This document shows positions 1 through 10,234 of a stretch of 64,000 nucleotides of DNA, in pieces. The DNA is from an uncultured delta proteobacterium (GTDB lineage Bacteria > Desulfobacterota > Desulfobacteria > Desulfobacterales > Desulfatirhabdiaceae). A program made the translations under genes and the position numbers. The stretch lies in the NCBI GenBank assembly GCA_963789395.1, contig CAWBKP010000012.1, positions 64,001 to 128,000 on the forward strand, in the 5' to 3' direction. The first letter of the stretch is position 1; the number at the start of each line of letters is the position of its first letter. The notes below the pieces were generated by a model that saw nothing but the letters and a program-made list of their open reading frames with translations, did not search any database and had not been told where the DNA came from.

Positions 1-1
1 A

Positions 2-706
2 TTGGAACAGACGGGACAGGCGGTGGCCGAGATCATTCAGGCCGGCATGATTCCCGCCACTCTGGAGCTGATGGACGAATTTTTCCTTCGGGCCGTGGAA
101 CGGGTGTACGGCCTGAAATTCCCTGCCGGGGCCGCTGCGGCGCTGCTTATCGAACTGGATGGCCCGGCTGTAATCCTGCCCGGACAGCAGGCCCAGGTGG
201 AGGCCCTCTGCCGGAAAGCGGGCCCCTTGGAATTGCGCTGCGCCCGTAACGAAGCCGAGCGTGAGGTGCTCTGGCAGGCTCGCCGGGGCGGCACCGCGGC
301 CCTGGCGCGTCAGTCCAAGTTTATCCTTTCCCTGGATTACGCCGTACCTATTTCTGCCATTTCCCGGGCCGTGCGCAGCATCCAGGATCTGGCCCGCCGG
401 CGGGAACTGGATGTGGTGGTCATCGGCCATGCCGGCGACGGCAATCTGCATCCCATGTTTATCTATGATCCCGATGATCCCGTTCAGCGCCGCAAATACC
501 GGGAAGCGGAAGACGAGCTGTGCGACCTCATGCTCTCCCTGCACGGCACCCTGTCCGGCGAACACGGGATCGGTCTTGAAAAGGCCAAATATCTTCACCG
601 GGAACTTTCGCGGGTGGAACTGGACCTGAGCGCCGGGTTGAAGCGGCTGTTCGACCCCCGATCCATCATGAATCCCGGTAAATGTGAAAGTATCACCACC
701 CCATGA
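2..706 (+). CDS. FAD-linked oxidase, GlcD / D-lactate dehydrogenase family (5'-truncated by window edge)
   Basis: C-terminal motifs GHAGDGNLHP, SGEHGIG and FDP..IMNPGK; overlaps the next gene by ATGA. Confidence 0.9.
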   Translation: MEQTGQAVAEIIQAGMIPATLELMDEFFLRAVERVYGLKFPAGAAAALLIELDGPAVILPGQQAQVEALCRKAGPLELRCARNEAEREVLWQARRGGTAALARQSKFILSLDYAVPISAISRAVRSIQDLARRRELDVVVIGHAGDGNLHPMFIYDPDDPVQRRKYREAEDELCDLMLSLHGTLSGEHGIGLEKAKYLHRELSRVELDLSAGLKRLFDPRSIMNPGKCESITTP

Positions 707-2004
707 ACACGGTCCCGGCCGGAGACGACATCCCGTGTGAGCGCTGCGGCCGGTGTCTGGCCGTCTGCCCGGTGTATGACGTGGAGCGGATTGAGACGCT
801 TTCCCCGCGCGGGCGCCTGGATCTGATTCACGGCCTGGAATCCTGCGAGCTGGTCACCGGCCCCCGGTATCATGAAGCGCTTTTTTCCTGCCTGCAGTGC
901 CTGGCCTGCTTCGATGCCTGCCCCAAGGGGGTGGATGCCTCGGGCCGGATCCTGACCGCCCGCACCCGATTGACAGCCCGCGATCGGGTAAAGGGCCGCC
1001 TGGAGCGGGCCATGCTGCGCACCGCGCTGAATCACCGCCCGTTTTTGGCCGGCCTGGCCCGGCTGGCCTCGCAGGTTCAGCAGCGGCTGCCCGCCAAAGA
1101 AGGCCCGGGTTCCCGCCATCTGCCGATGTTTCTGCCGGATCTGCTGGCCGGACGGCGCATTCCCGAAATCAGTGCGGTCAATTTGTTCCGGGGCCTGCCC
1201 GAAGTGTTGCCGGCCGACCCCGGCGCTGATTATCACGGACAGGTGACCTTTTTCACCGGCTGTTATTTCGGTCTGGTGGAGACCGGTCCGATCCTGTCCG
1301 CGCTAAGGGTTCTGGCCTTCAACGGCTGGGAGGTGCGGATTCCCAGAACCCAGAGCTGCTGCGGCGCCGTGGCCCTTCTTGCCGGTCACGCCGATCTTGC
1401 CCGGCGTCTGGTCGCCCGGAACCTTTCTGCCCTTGCCGGAGACGGACCGGTGATCACGGCCTGCGCCACCTGTGGCCGCACCCTTCGTCGGGAATACCCG
1501 CCTCTCCTCAAGACCAGCAGAGATGATTCCCGGTTTCGGGCGGCCGCGGCCCTGGCCGGGCGCACCCGCGATATCCATGAATTCCTGGGACAGTTGCCGG
1601 CGTTGCGGCAGGGGGTGCGAACCCGGCACCGGCGCGTCACCATCCACGATCCATGCCATTTGTCACGGGGGCAGGGGGTTCGGGAACAGGTCCGACGCAT
1701 TCTGGCCGCTGTCCCGGGAGCGGAACTGGTGGAGATGGCGGATTCGGACACTTGCTGTGGCGGCGGCGGACTTTCCGGAATGAAACAGCCGGCCCTGTCC
1801 CTGGCAATCGGTGAAAAAAAAATCGCCGCCATTGAAGCCACCGGGGCGGATACGGTGGTGGCAGGCTGTCCGGGATGCCTGATGCAGATACGGGATCTGC
1901 TGTCTCGGCGCGGCAGCCGGATCCAGGCCCTTCACCCCATGGATCTGCTGGCATGGTCCTATGAAACATTCCCGCATCAAGGAGAAAATGGATGCTTGAT
2001 CTGA
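703..2004 (+). CDS. GlcF-like Fe-S oxidoreductase (2x[4Fe-4S] plus two CCG domains)
   Basis: CERCGRCLAVCP and CLQCLACFDACP ferredoxin motifs; CCGA, HDPCH and CCGGGG motifs; coupled to the GlcD-like gene. Confidence 0.9.
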   Translation: MNTVPAGDDIPCERCGRCLAVCPVYDVERIETLSPRGRLDLIHGLESCELVTGPRYHEALFSCLQCLACFDACPKGVDASGRILTARTRLTARDRVKGRLERAMLRTALNHRPFLAGLARLASQVQQRLPAKEGPGSRHLPMFLPDLLAGRRIPEISAVNLFRGLPEVLPADPGADYHGQVTFFTGCYFGLVETGPILSALRVLAFNGWEVRIPRTQSCCGAVALLAGHADLARRLVARNLSALAGDGPVITACATCGRTLRREYPPLLKTSRDDSRFRAAAALAGRTRDIHEFLGQLPALRQGVRTRHRRVTIHDPCHLSRGQGVREQVRRILAAVPGAELVEMADSDTCCGGGGLSGMKQPALSLAIGEKKIAAIEATGADTVVAGCPGCLMQIRDLLSRRGSRIQALHPMDLLAWSYETFPHQGENGCLI

Positions 2005-3635
2005 TCGCCTTCAACGGCATTATTCGTACCCAGGATCCCAAATGCGCCGAGGCCCAGGCTCTGGCCGTCAGCCGAGGACGATTTATCGCCGTAGGTAGCA
2101 ACGCCGAAATTCAGGCCCTGCCGCGGGGTGCGGATTGCCGCGTGATTGATCTCACAGGGCGGCTGGTGCTGCCGGGGTTCACCGAGTCCCACATCCACCT
2201 GCTGGATTGGTCCCTGGGCCGGCGGCAGATCGATTTGAGGGGGCTCTCCTCGCTGGCGGACGCCCTGACGGCTGTAAAAACATATGCCGATGACCCGGCC
2301 CGCAACGATTTGCGTGGCGGCTGGATTCTCGGATTGGGCTGGAATGAATCCCTCTGGCCGGAAAAGCGCATGCCCACCCGGCAGGATCTGGATCAGATCT
2401 GCACAGAGCGGCCCATCATGTTGCTGCGTTCGGACCTGCACCTGGCGGTCGTCAACAGCCGGGCTCTGGCACTTGCCGGGATCGGACCAGACACACCGGA
2501 TCCGGATCAGGGTGTCATCGGCCGGGATGCCACAGGCATGCCAAGCGGTATCCTGCAGGATCTGGCCATCAGTTGTGTCAAGGAACGGATCCCCAAACAC
2601 ACAGAGGATGAAACCCTGCTGGCCATCGCCGAAGCCCTTTCCGCCCTTTCCGCCCAGGGATTGACCGGCATCCATGATTTTCGCCTGATGGACGGGACCG
2701 AGGGGCCGCCCTGCCTGCGCATCCTGCAGCGCCTGCATGAACGGGGCGAATTGGCAATGCGGGTCTGGTGGCTTTTGCCGGACTATCTGCTGCCGGAAGC
2801 CGTTTCTCTGGGATTGCGAACCGGTATGGGCGGTGATTTTCTGCGCATCGGCCATCTGAAATTGTTTTCAGACGGCAGCCTTGGGGCCCACACCGCCTGG
2901 ATGCAGGAACCCTACACCAATGGCGGCTGCGGCATCCCTCTCAAACCCATGACCGAGATCGCCCGTCTGGTTCGCATCGCCGAAGAAGCCGGAATCGCTG
3001 TGGCCGTGCATGCCATCGGCGACCGGGCCAACCACGAATTGATCGCGCTGTTTGATAAGCTGGAGCGGTCCCGGTCCGAGCACACCCGGCATATCATGGC
3101 CCGGGCGCCGCATCGCATCGAACATCTGCAGATGGTCCAACCTGAGGATATCCGGCGCCTGGGTCAACTCTCTGTAAAGGGATCCGTGCAGCCCCGGCAG
3201 GCCACCGACGATATTGCACTGATGGATCGTGAGATCGGAGAAAGAGACCGGATCTCCTACCGGTTTGGGGATATGCTGGCGGCCGGTGTTGAACTGGCCA
3301 TGGGTTCCGACTGCCCGGTGGCCAACCCCAGTCCCCTGAACGGGATTCATGCCGCCGTAACCCGTCAGCGCGAGGATGGATCCCCGGCAGGTGGCTGGCA
3401 TCCGGGGCAATGCCTCAGCGTGGACCAGGCGGTGCGGGGCTACACGGTCGGCCCGGCCCGGATAAGCGGCCGAGGTCACGAACTGGGAAGCATCACCCCC
3501 GGCAAACTTGCCGATTTCATCGTGCTGGATCGGGACATTTACCGTATCCCCCCCCGAGAGATTCTCACCAGTCGCGTAGAGCTGACCATCTGCGGCGGCC
3601 GGGTGGTTTACGAAAGTGACAGCGGATTGCTGTAA
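1992..3635 (+). CDS. Amidohydrolase family 3 (YtcJ-like) metal-dependent hydrolase
   Basis: PGFTESHIH, KLFSDGSLG, HAIGDRA, RIEH, GSDCP and GKLADFIVLD motifs. Confidence 0.9.
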   Translation: MLDLIAFNGIIRTQDPKCAEAQALAVSRGRFIAVGSNAEIQALPRGADCRVIDLTGRLVLPGFTESHIHLLDWSLGRRQIDLRGLSSLADALTAVKTYADDPARNDLRGGWILGLGWNESLWPEKRMPTRQDLDQICTERPIMLLRSDLHLAVVNSRALALAGIGPDTPDPDQGVIGRDATGMPSGILQDLAISCVKERIPKHTEDETLLAIAEALSALSAQGLTGIHDFRLMDGTEGPPCLRILQRLHERGELAMRVWWLLPDYLLPEAVSLGLRTGMGGDFLRIGHLKLFSDGSLGAHTAWMQEPYTNGGCGIPLKPMTEIARLVRIAEEAGIAVAVHAIGDRANHELIALFDKLERSRSEHTRHIMARAPHRIEHLQMVQPEDIRRLGQLSVKGSVQPRQATDDIALMDREIGERDRISYRFGDMLAAGVELAMGSDCPVANPSPLNGIHAAVTRQREDGSPAGGWHPGQCLSVDQAVRGYTVGPARISGRGHELGSITPGKLADFIVLDRDIYRIPPREILTSRVELTICGGRVVYESDSGLL

Positions 3636-3785
3636 GGCCTTAGCTCGATCAGGCAGCACAGCCTCGGGAAGCCTTACACAACACAGTATTGGAAACACCT
3701 CCATACGGTGGTATCAGGCAAGTTGTTGCACTTTTCGGCTTGTTGCCTCCAAGCGCTGTTAGAACGTCAGACAAACTGCCGCACT

Positions 3786-3860
3786 TGCTGAACTCGCAAA
3801 AAGTCAAAATTCAGACGGCATCGTAAAAAGTTCGCAGCATCCGGACTTTTTACGATGCCG
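3786..3860. repeat. REP/MITE-like inverted repeat (TCGTAAAAAGT family); possible bidirectional terminator
   Basis: Perfect 16-bp IR CGGCATCGTAAAAAGT (3816-3831) / ACTTTTTACGATGCCG (3845-3860), plus an upstream partial copy CTCGCAAAAAGTC; lies between convergent genes. Confidence 0.7.
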
Positions 3861-3990
3861 GCACACTTCATTCCTGCCTTGTTTCGATTTTGGTCGGAAA
3901 TAAAGTAAAGCGTCCCCAGATTTCAGAGATGGTTTTTGCCGATACCCCGTGGCGTGCTCCGGGTTCGTTTAATGGCTGGAAGGGGAAGCC

Positions 3991-4295
3991 TTAACGCTTC
4001 TTTTTTATACTTGTCTCGGTATAAAACGCGATTTCTTCTCCTTTTTCAAGGGCGAGCCGTAATTTTTTGTAATATTTCTTCCTTTCATCACTTTTGTACC
4101 AGTCGTCCCATTCCTCTTTGCTTTCCCAGATGCTGATAATGAGCATTTCATTGGGATCATAAAGATTTGTAATGGTCTTTCCGGATACATAGCCGGGCTG
4201 AACCGTTGCAAGGGCTCTCATTTCCGCGTTATGATACTGGGCCTCATGAACAAATTCGTCTTTAAAACGTCTGGTGGTGAGACTAGAATAGTCAT
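3991..4295 (-). CDS. Antibiotic biosynthesis monooxygenase (ABM/Dabb) family protein; apparent 1-nt frameshift near start
   Basis: QPGYVSGKT...LIISIWESKEEWDDW pattern; RBS AAAGGAG precedes ATG at 4295 (MTILV), which is out of frame with the body. Confidence 0.75.
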
Positions 4296-4829
4296 TTTTT
4301 GACTCCTTTCCCGCTATCACGGATTTCCGGATAAGAATAACCAGAACACAAAAAAAATCATCGTTTAGGGTTATTTAGAGAAGTCACTTTTATGACATTT
4401 TACGTGTGAATTATCCTTGAATCCGGAGCGATACGTTGGCTATGATGTTCATATTTTCAAGGAAGAGCAAAATTCAGGTTGCATTGTTGGAATGGGATGT
4501 CAAAAAAGAAAAACTGATAGAGCTGACTCTTTTACTGTAATGAAGGAGGGTTTGAGTGTCAAGGATATTTTCTGTCCCGGTAAATTTGTTATACCTTTTC
4601 ATGCAGAGCTGGCGGGGCATGTTTTCAGGAATTCCGGGGATACCGTAAATTTTTTCTGACATTGATTTGGTTGCGGGCATTCATGGGGCTTACTTACCGA
4701 CTACTCCTGTGGGATGCCGGAAAAACTGGCTTCGCTGCCGATTTGCCCGTTTTGTTCTTGTCTTTCAAGGTGTCGCATATTATCGTTTGTATTCGAATTT
4801 TCAATAGATGAGCGAATAAATGGGGATGC

Positions 4830-5237
4830 ATGAGAGTTCTATTCTGGTTTTGTGACAAATTTGCATGGACGCCGACAATAAAGACACTGGATGATGTTCC
4901 TGATTCAGGACCGGAACAATTGGAAAATGTCGTCGTCGCGTTTGTACATGTCGAATCCAGGGATATTCAGGAAGGCAGTTCTGCGGAAACGAAACTTGTA
5001 AAAAATGCCAAATGGCTTGCCCGTAAATGGGATGTAAAGAAAATACTGTTGCATTCATTCACCCATCTGGCTGAAGAAAAGGCAGAACCAGGCCAGGCAA
5101 AATCACTTTTGGACCGCGTCCAGGACAGGCTCCAAAAAGCAGAGTACGATGTGTCTCAAACGGCTTATGGGTATTTTAACGATCTGATCATAAAAGCAAA
5201 AGGCCACCCGCTTGCAAGGATTTTCAAGGAATTTTGA
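4830..5237 (+). CDS. Free-standing archaeal-type threonyl-tRNA synthetase editing domain (DTD-like fold)
   Basis: MRVL start, VVVAFVHVE, HSFTHL, AYGYF and KGHPLA match the archaeal ThrRS N-terminal editing domain pattern (VAFISVE, PFAHL, PFGYYK, KGHPLA). Confidence 0.85.
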   Translation: MRVLFWFCDKFAWTPTIKTLDDVPDSGPEQLENVVVAFVHVESRDIQEGSSAETKLVKNAKWLARKWDVKKILLHSFTHLAEEKAEPGQAKSLLDRVQDRLQKAEYDVSQTAYGYFNDLIIKAKGHPLARIFKEF

Positions 5238-5668
5238 TGAAGAAGGGGCCATCAGTAGGCGTTGCTGTAATTGTCATAAAAAACGGAGCAGTGTTGCTGG
5301 GGAAGCGAAAAGGCTCACATGGGTCAGGATCCTGGGCTTTTCCCGGTGGTCATTTGGAGATGAATGAATCGATAGAAGCATGTGCCAGGCGTGAAGTTTT
5401 TGAGGAAACAGGCATTTTAATCCATAATATCCGGTATGCAACTTTCACAAACGATATATTTCAAGAAGAGAAGAAACACTACGTTACGTTGTTTGTGGTT
5501 GCCGAATATCATGGCGGCGAGCTCCAGGTCAAGGAACCCGATAAATGTGAAAAATGGGAGTGGTTCATTTGGGGAAATTTTCCGGAAAACCTGTTTTTAT
5601 CCTTAAAAAACTTATTGGCTCAAGGATTCCACATTCCGGGCTGTTATAACAAAGAAGGGCTTAAGTAA
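5234..5668 (+). CDS. NUDIX hydrolase, NUDT15/MutT-like
   Basis: Nudix box GGHLEMNESIEACARREVFEETG; EPDKCEKWEWF; coupled to the upstream gene. Confidence 0.9.
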   Translation: MMKKGPSVGVAVIVIKNGAVLLGKRKGSHGSGSWAFPGGHLEMNESIEACARREVFEETGILIHNIRYATFTNDIFQEEKKHYVTLFVVAEYHGGELQVKEPDKCEKWEWFIWGNFPENLFLSLKNLLAQGFHIPGCYNKEGLK

Positions 5669-5722
5669 AGCGGGGTCGCAGATGCTCATGTTCAGGCAGT
5701 CCGTACTGCGATTCAAGATGAA

Positions 5723-6823
5723 CTATTCAATCAGCGGCTGCACAAGTGTTTGAAAAATCTTTTCCGCCACCTGATCCATATGGTTTTTATCCGGTGCGTT
5801 ACGGAAAATGCCGACAAGATCCCGGGCATATTGCCGGGCGGTTAAGAATCCTTTTTGTCGTGCCGTTTCAATTTTTTCCCAGTCCTGGTCTGATTCAAAT
5901 ATTTCGAAAGATTGACGAAGCTGTGGGAACAGCGGCAGGAAAAGACCGTCCTGGAAGGCTGCATAAAATCCCAGTCCGGCGGCATTTTTTGTAGAGATGA
6001 TGTGTTCAAGCGTGCCACGGGACGCAGTATCCGCCAGAAGATCTTTCACGGTTCTTGCCAGAAGCTCAATCGGTGTATGCGGGAACTCGGCAACGATTTC
6101 CCTGAAAATCTGGCGATCAAACACCGTATCTTGTATTTCCCCGATCTCATGATGAATGTATGTCTGCTCCTGGATAGACAGGATGGATTCAAAATACGTT
6201 TTTCGGCTCTCAAGTCTTGTATCCGGCAGGCCGCATTGTTTTAATGCAAAATGCAGAAAGCGCTGTCCTGATTTTTTCAGGTAGACCATCTGGTCCCATA
6301 AAAAAAAGCAGGCGGCATCACGGCGAATCAGGATAGCGCCATCCTGATTCAGGGCCGGTATGGTCAACAGATCCCGGAGCAGTTCCTTTTCCAGAATCAC
6401 GATGGGGATATCCGCCAGAAAGCGGGTTTCTTTTATGTGGGCAAGAAAGAAAGTGGGTTTCAGGGAATGGGCGTATCCTGCACCATAAAATAAATTAAGG
6501 GGGGATAAGATCCTGTTGATGGCTTCTGTATCAAAGGGGTCGTATTCCTTTTCAAACAGCGGCAGGGGGGCAAATGCCTTTCCCTCGATTTTCTCCCACA
6601 GCTGCTCTTTATGGTCAATCCAGTCCACAAGCTCTGATGGATTGTTTTCCTCCCAGGCAGGGAGGCTTTTTTCCCATTTGTTGAGATCCCTGAGGCGAAG
6701 AGCCATTCCGCAGATGGAAAAAATACCGGCACCTGAGGCGTCGGAAATATCACAATTGTCTTGTATCGTTTGTATGAATTGTTCCAGGTTCCTGTCTTGG
6801 GTCAAGGCATTCATTCCGATCAT
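5723..6823 (-). CDS. Conserved protein, Sfum_1244-like family (possibly DsrS-related)
   Basis: IQDNCDISDA..GIFSICG..LRLRDL.KWE, FYGAGY..SLKPTFFLA and IHHEIGE; start probably 6814 or 6823, not 7039. Confidence 0.65.
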   Translation of the reverse strand: MIGMNALTQDRNLEQFIQTIQDNCDISDASGAGIFSICGMALRLRDLNKWEKSLPAWEENNPSELVDWIDHKEQLWEKIEGKAFAPLPLFEKEYDPFDTEAINRILSPLNLFYGAGYAHSLKPTFFLAHIKETRFLADIPIVILEKELLRDLLTIPALNQDGAILIRRDAACFFLWDQMVYLKKSGQRFLHFALKQCGLPDTRLESRKTYFESILSIQEQTYIHHEIGEIQDTVFDRQIFREIVAEFPHTPIELLARTVKDLLADTASRGTLEHIISTKNAAGLGFYAAFQDGLFLPLFPQLRQSFEIFESDQDWEKIETARQKGFLTARQYARDLVGIFRNAPDKNHMDQVAEKIFQTLVQPLIE

Positions 6824-6986
6824 CCTGTATTGGCTTCTTCTGATAGCTGTTATGAAAATATATCTGAAAATAAGCATTTGTCCGAAAAAGTAAAAAAAGT
6901 TAATTGATAAAAACCAATAAAACGCGATAATGGCTGCCATCCACTGATTTTCCCCATTTTCGCAGCGCAAAAACAGTTTCAAAGAG

Positions 6987-7928
6987 GTGTTAAGAACATT
7001 GCAAACCGATAGTCGACGGATAAATGATATAAAGGCCATTGAGATTAATGACCATATCCTGGCCTTTTATGCCGGTCGTGATGGGGCACGGTTAATGGAC
7101 GGGCCCAACTGGGTGGACGATGCCGCAATGAAGTTGGGGATTGCGACATACGCTGTTTATAAAAACGGCAGGGCCATTATTTACGATACCTTTGCAGATA
7201 TCCGTCAGGCGATGTGGGTGAGAAATTTTCTTGAAAACAGGGGGATAAACCAATTTACGGTCGTATTGAGCCACTGGCATCTGGATCATATCGCCGGCAA
7301 TGCAGTTTATTCGGGCTGCAATATTATTTCCAGCGCATTGACACGCGAACTTCTTTTAAAACATAAAACAGACATCGAGTCGGGGCGCATCGACGGACCT
7401 CCGGAAATCAAACCGCTTATTCTGCCCGGTGTTACCTTTGACAAGAAAGCAAGTCTGTATCTGGATGATCTTCTGCTGGAGCTGATCCATTTAAATATTC
7501 ACAGCCGGGACGGAACGATCCTCTTTATTCCCGGCGATAAAATCCTTTTTGCCGGAGATGCGCTTGAGGATACCCTTACCTATATTGATGAGCCGGAGAA
7601 CCTTGTCGATCATATCAAAAACCTGCAACACCTGAAGCAGTTTTCCATTTCCGCGATTTTTCCGAATCACGGCGATCCGAAGGTCATCGAAGCGGGGGGA
7701 TATGGTAAAACGCTTATTGATGCCACGATTACTTATATAACCCGCATGCTGGACCGGGTTCATGATGCGGATTTCTTGAAGGGCTCTTTGAAATCATATC
7801 TCTGGAAGGAAATGGAGCAGGGACGGGTGCATTATTATGAACCCTATGAAGCGGTTCACAGCCAAAACCTGCAAAGAGTTTACGACTGTTACAAAAACAA
7901 ACAACTCCGACTGGACATCCATTCTTGA
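6987..7928 (+). CDS. MBL-fold metallo-hydrolase
   Basis: SHWHLDHIAG (HxHxDH), HSRDG, FAGDAL and FPNHG motifs; start uncertain. Confidence 0.85.
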   Translation: MLRTLQTDSRRINDIKAIEINDHILAFYAGRDGARLMDGPNWVDDAAMKLGIATYAVYKNGRAIIYDTFADIRQAMWVRNFLENRGINQFTVVLSHWHLDHIAGNAVYSGCNIISSALTRELLLKHKTDIESGRIDGPPEIKPLILPGVTFDKKASLYLDDLLLELIHLNIHSRDGTILFIPGDKILFAGDALEDTLTYIDEPENLVDHIKNLQHLKQFSISAIFPNHGDPKVIEAGGYGKTLIDATITYITRMLDRVHDADFLKGSLKSYLWKEMEQGRVHYYEPYEAVHSQNLQRVYDCYKNKQLRLDIHS

Positions 7929-8160
7929 AAACGTTGCGTTCCCCGATATGTATCAGATTCATCAAATATTTGATATTCCACATGCCATTGATGTGACAGA
8001 GGCTGTTAGCAGCGAGTGGGAGCGGCTTAATGGAAAGCTGGCGATACGGCCCGGTCAAGAGCGGTATCATGAAAATACTCGTCACAGGTATCTGCCGAAG
8101 CTTACTTTGGATAAGATTTATCTTCTGATTGTGGACGAAATGGGATAGGATGCAACCGGC
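7924..8160 (+). pseudogene. Remnant of a lactate-racemase-domain/DUF362-like gene with a large internal deletion
   Basis: FPDMYQIHQIFD...IRPGQ resembles the family N-terminus and is joined directly to LPKL.LDKIYLLIVDEMG*D, a segment normally found much further downstream. Confidence 0.5.
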
Positions 8161-8404
8161 TCACGGTTTTTCAAAAACAGCCTTCGGATAGAGGTCAAAC
8201 ATACTGTGCACTACCTTTGGCAGGCACTGCGATAATGGGCACATCTGATATGAAAACACTGGATGCGGAAAAATCTCGCGTCCGGGCTTGGGCGGGGGCA
8301 TCCGGTAAGTGATGCTACAAACTGCGAGCATATTTACTGCTTTATTCTCAAATTCAATTGTTTTTTTGAGTCCGATATAGCGTTTTCCCTACAAAGGTTT
8401 TGTC

Positions 8405-10234
8405 ATGGTAGAACAAAAAATAAAAATAGATGCTGTAGATGAAAGCAATGAAGACTATCGCTTAATAGTGGAAAACGCCAATGAGGCGATCCTGGTAGAG
8501 CAAGTCGGTGTACTTGTATTCTCAAATCCAAAAGCAGAAGCGCTTTTCGGCTATTCAAGAGCGGAACTCAATTCGAAACGATTTACCGATCTGGTACATA
8601 AAGCGGATCGGAAAATGGTGAGGGAAGGGCAAGAAAAAATGTTACGCGGAGAACCGCTTCCCGATTTCTTCACATTTAGAATTTGCCGCAATTCTGGAGA
8701 GATAAATTGGGCTGATCTCAAGGTGGTGATGATTCCCTGGAAAAATAGGCCTGCTGTGCTGTATTGCATGACAGATATTACCGAACGCAACCGGGTCGAG
8801 ACGGTTTTGGCCGCCTCCGAACGCAAACTCTTTAATATTCTTGTCAATACGCCACAAATGGTTATCACGCTTGATCCCCAGGCCAGGATTGTCTTTGTTA
8901 ATACGCATTTTATAAGGCTGACCGGATGGAGGGAAATTGATGTCATCGGTCAGAATTGGTTCGACCTGTTCATTCCTGAACACGACAGGGAAGTCATCCA
9001 GAAAATATTTTATGTTTCAATGCAACAACCAGAAGAAACTGAATATACCTATTACGAAAACAAGATTGAAACAAAATCCGGTGAGTTCCGACAAATAGCG
9101 TGGTCAAACGTGCGTAGCCTGGACGCCAAGGGGAAGGTGGTGGATCTAACCTGTTTTGGCATCGATATCACCGAGCAAAAGTTGGCTGAGGAATCCGTTC
9201 TTGAGAGTGAAAAACGTTTTCGCGCCGCATTCATGGGGAGTCCGGCGGCATTAGCCATCACCACTCAGGAAGGCGGCTTCTGGATTGATGCCAATCAGAC
9301 GGAACTCGATATGTTTGGATACACCCGCGAAGAACTCATAGGCAAAAGCGTTATGGATACAAACCTTTGGGTCGATTTAAATGATCGGAGAGCGTTTGTC
9401 GATGCGTTGGCACAAAACGGGGAGGTGAGAAATCAAAATGTCCTGCTTCGTCACAAAGATGGCAGATTGATCAGTGCGTCTGTATCCGCTAATTCGCTGA
9501 CGTTGAAAGGCGTGAAGCATATTCTGTTCGCCACGGAGGACATCACCGAACGTATGCAGACTGAGGAACGGATAAAACAAAACCTGGCAGAAAAAGAAAT
9601 ACTCTTGAGGGAAATTCACCACAGGGTAAAGAACAACCTGGCGGTTATCTCCAGTCTTCTTGGATTGCAGGCAAACCGCATCAAAGAAAATGCCGTCAAA
9701 GAAATGATGAATGCTTGCCAGCTCCGGATCAAATCCATGGCCATGGTCCATGAAAAAATGTACTGTAATCAAAACGTATCCCGTGTGAACTTTAATGAAT
9801 ATATCAACAGTATTGTTCAGGATCTGACATCTTCTTACAGAAGAGAAAAAAGAAATATCATCACCCGTATCAATGTCGGGGACATCCTGCTTGATATTGA
9901 AGCCGCCACTCCCTGCGGAATGATCATCAACGAGCTGATCACCAATGCCTTGAAACACGCTTTTCCAGAAACTATCAGCCCAGAGCTGTTCATCTGTTTT
10001 GAAAAAGCACACAATACCTACACGTTAACGGTACAAGACAACGGCATCGGCTTCTCCGATGGTTCCTGCGCTTCCTCAACCAATACCCTGGGCTTGCTGC
10101 TTGTTCGTGCCCTGGCGCGGCAACTCCGGGGAACGGTGCAGTTTCACTCTGATGCGTCAGTCCGCCAAGGAACAACCGTCATCATTTCCTTTAAAGAAAG
10201 TGAAGAGAGGCAGATTGGAAATCTGAGTAACTGA
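8405..10234 (+). CDS. Cytoplasmic multi-PAS sensor histidine kinase, HisKA_2 type
   Basis: Three PAS/PAC repeats ending DITE; H-box EIHHRVKNNL; NELITNALKHAF; DNGIG; LGL; no TM segment. Confidence 0.9.
   Translation: MVEQKIKIDAVDESNEDYRLIVENANEAILVEQVGVLVFSNPKAEALFGYSRAELNSKRFTDLVHKADRKMVREGQEKMLRGEPLPDFFTFRICRNSGEINWADLKVVMIPWKNRPAVLYCMTDITERNRVETVLAASERKLFNILVNTPQMVITLDPQARIVFVNTHFIRLTGWREIDVIGQNWFDLFIPEHDREVIQKIFYVSMQQPEETEYTYYENKIETKSGEFRQIAWSNVRSLDAKGKVVDLTCFGIDITEQKLAEESVLESEKRFRAAFMGSPAALAITTQEGGFWIDANQTELDMFGYTREELIGKSVMDTNLWVDLNDRRAFVDALAQNGEVRNQNVLLRHKDGRLISASVSANSLTLKGVKHILFATEDITERMQTEERIKQNLAEKEILLREIHHRVKNNLAVISSLLGLQANRIKENAVKEMMNACQLRIKSMAMVHEKMYCNQNVSRVNFNEYINSIVQDLTSSYRREKRNIITRINVGDILLDIEAATPCGMIINELITNALKHAFPETISPELFICFEKAHNTYTLTVQDNGIGFSDGSCASSTNTLGLLLVRALARQLRGTVQFHSDASVRQGTTVIISFKESEERQIGNLSN

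Noticed and set aside
3712..3766. Weak hairpin ending GTTAGAA, attC-like
   Set aside because: L boxes and R'' are not identifiable
4330..4800. Short ORFs or an ncRNA in the 470-bp intergenic region
   Set aside because: No recognisable protein, riboswitch or tRNA motif
6824..7039. Long N-terminal extension of ORF 5723..7039
   Set aside because: AT-rich divergent promoter region that overlaps the opposite-strand MBL gene; recognisable family sequence starts near 6814
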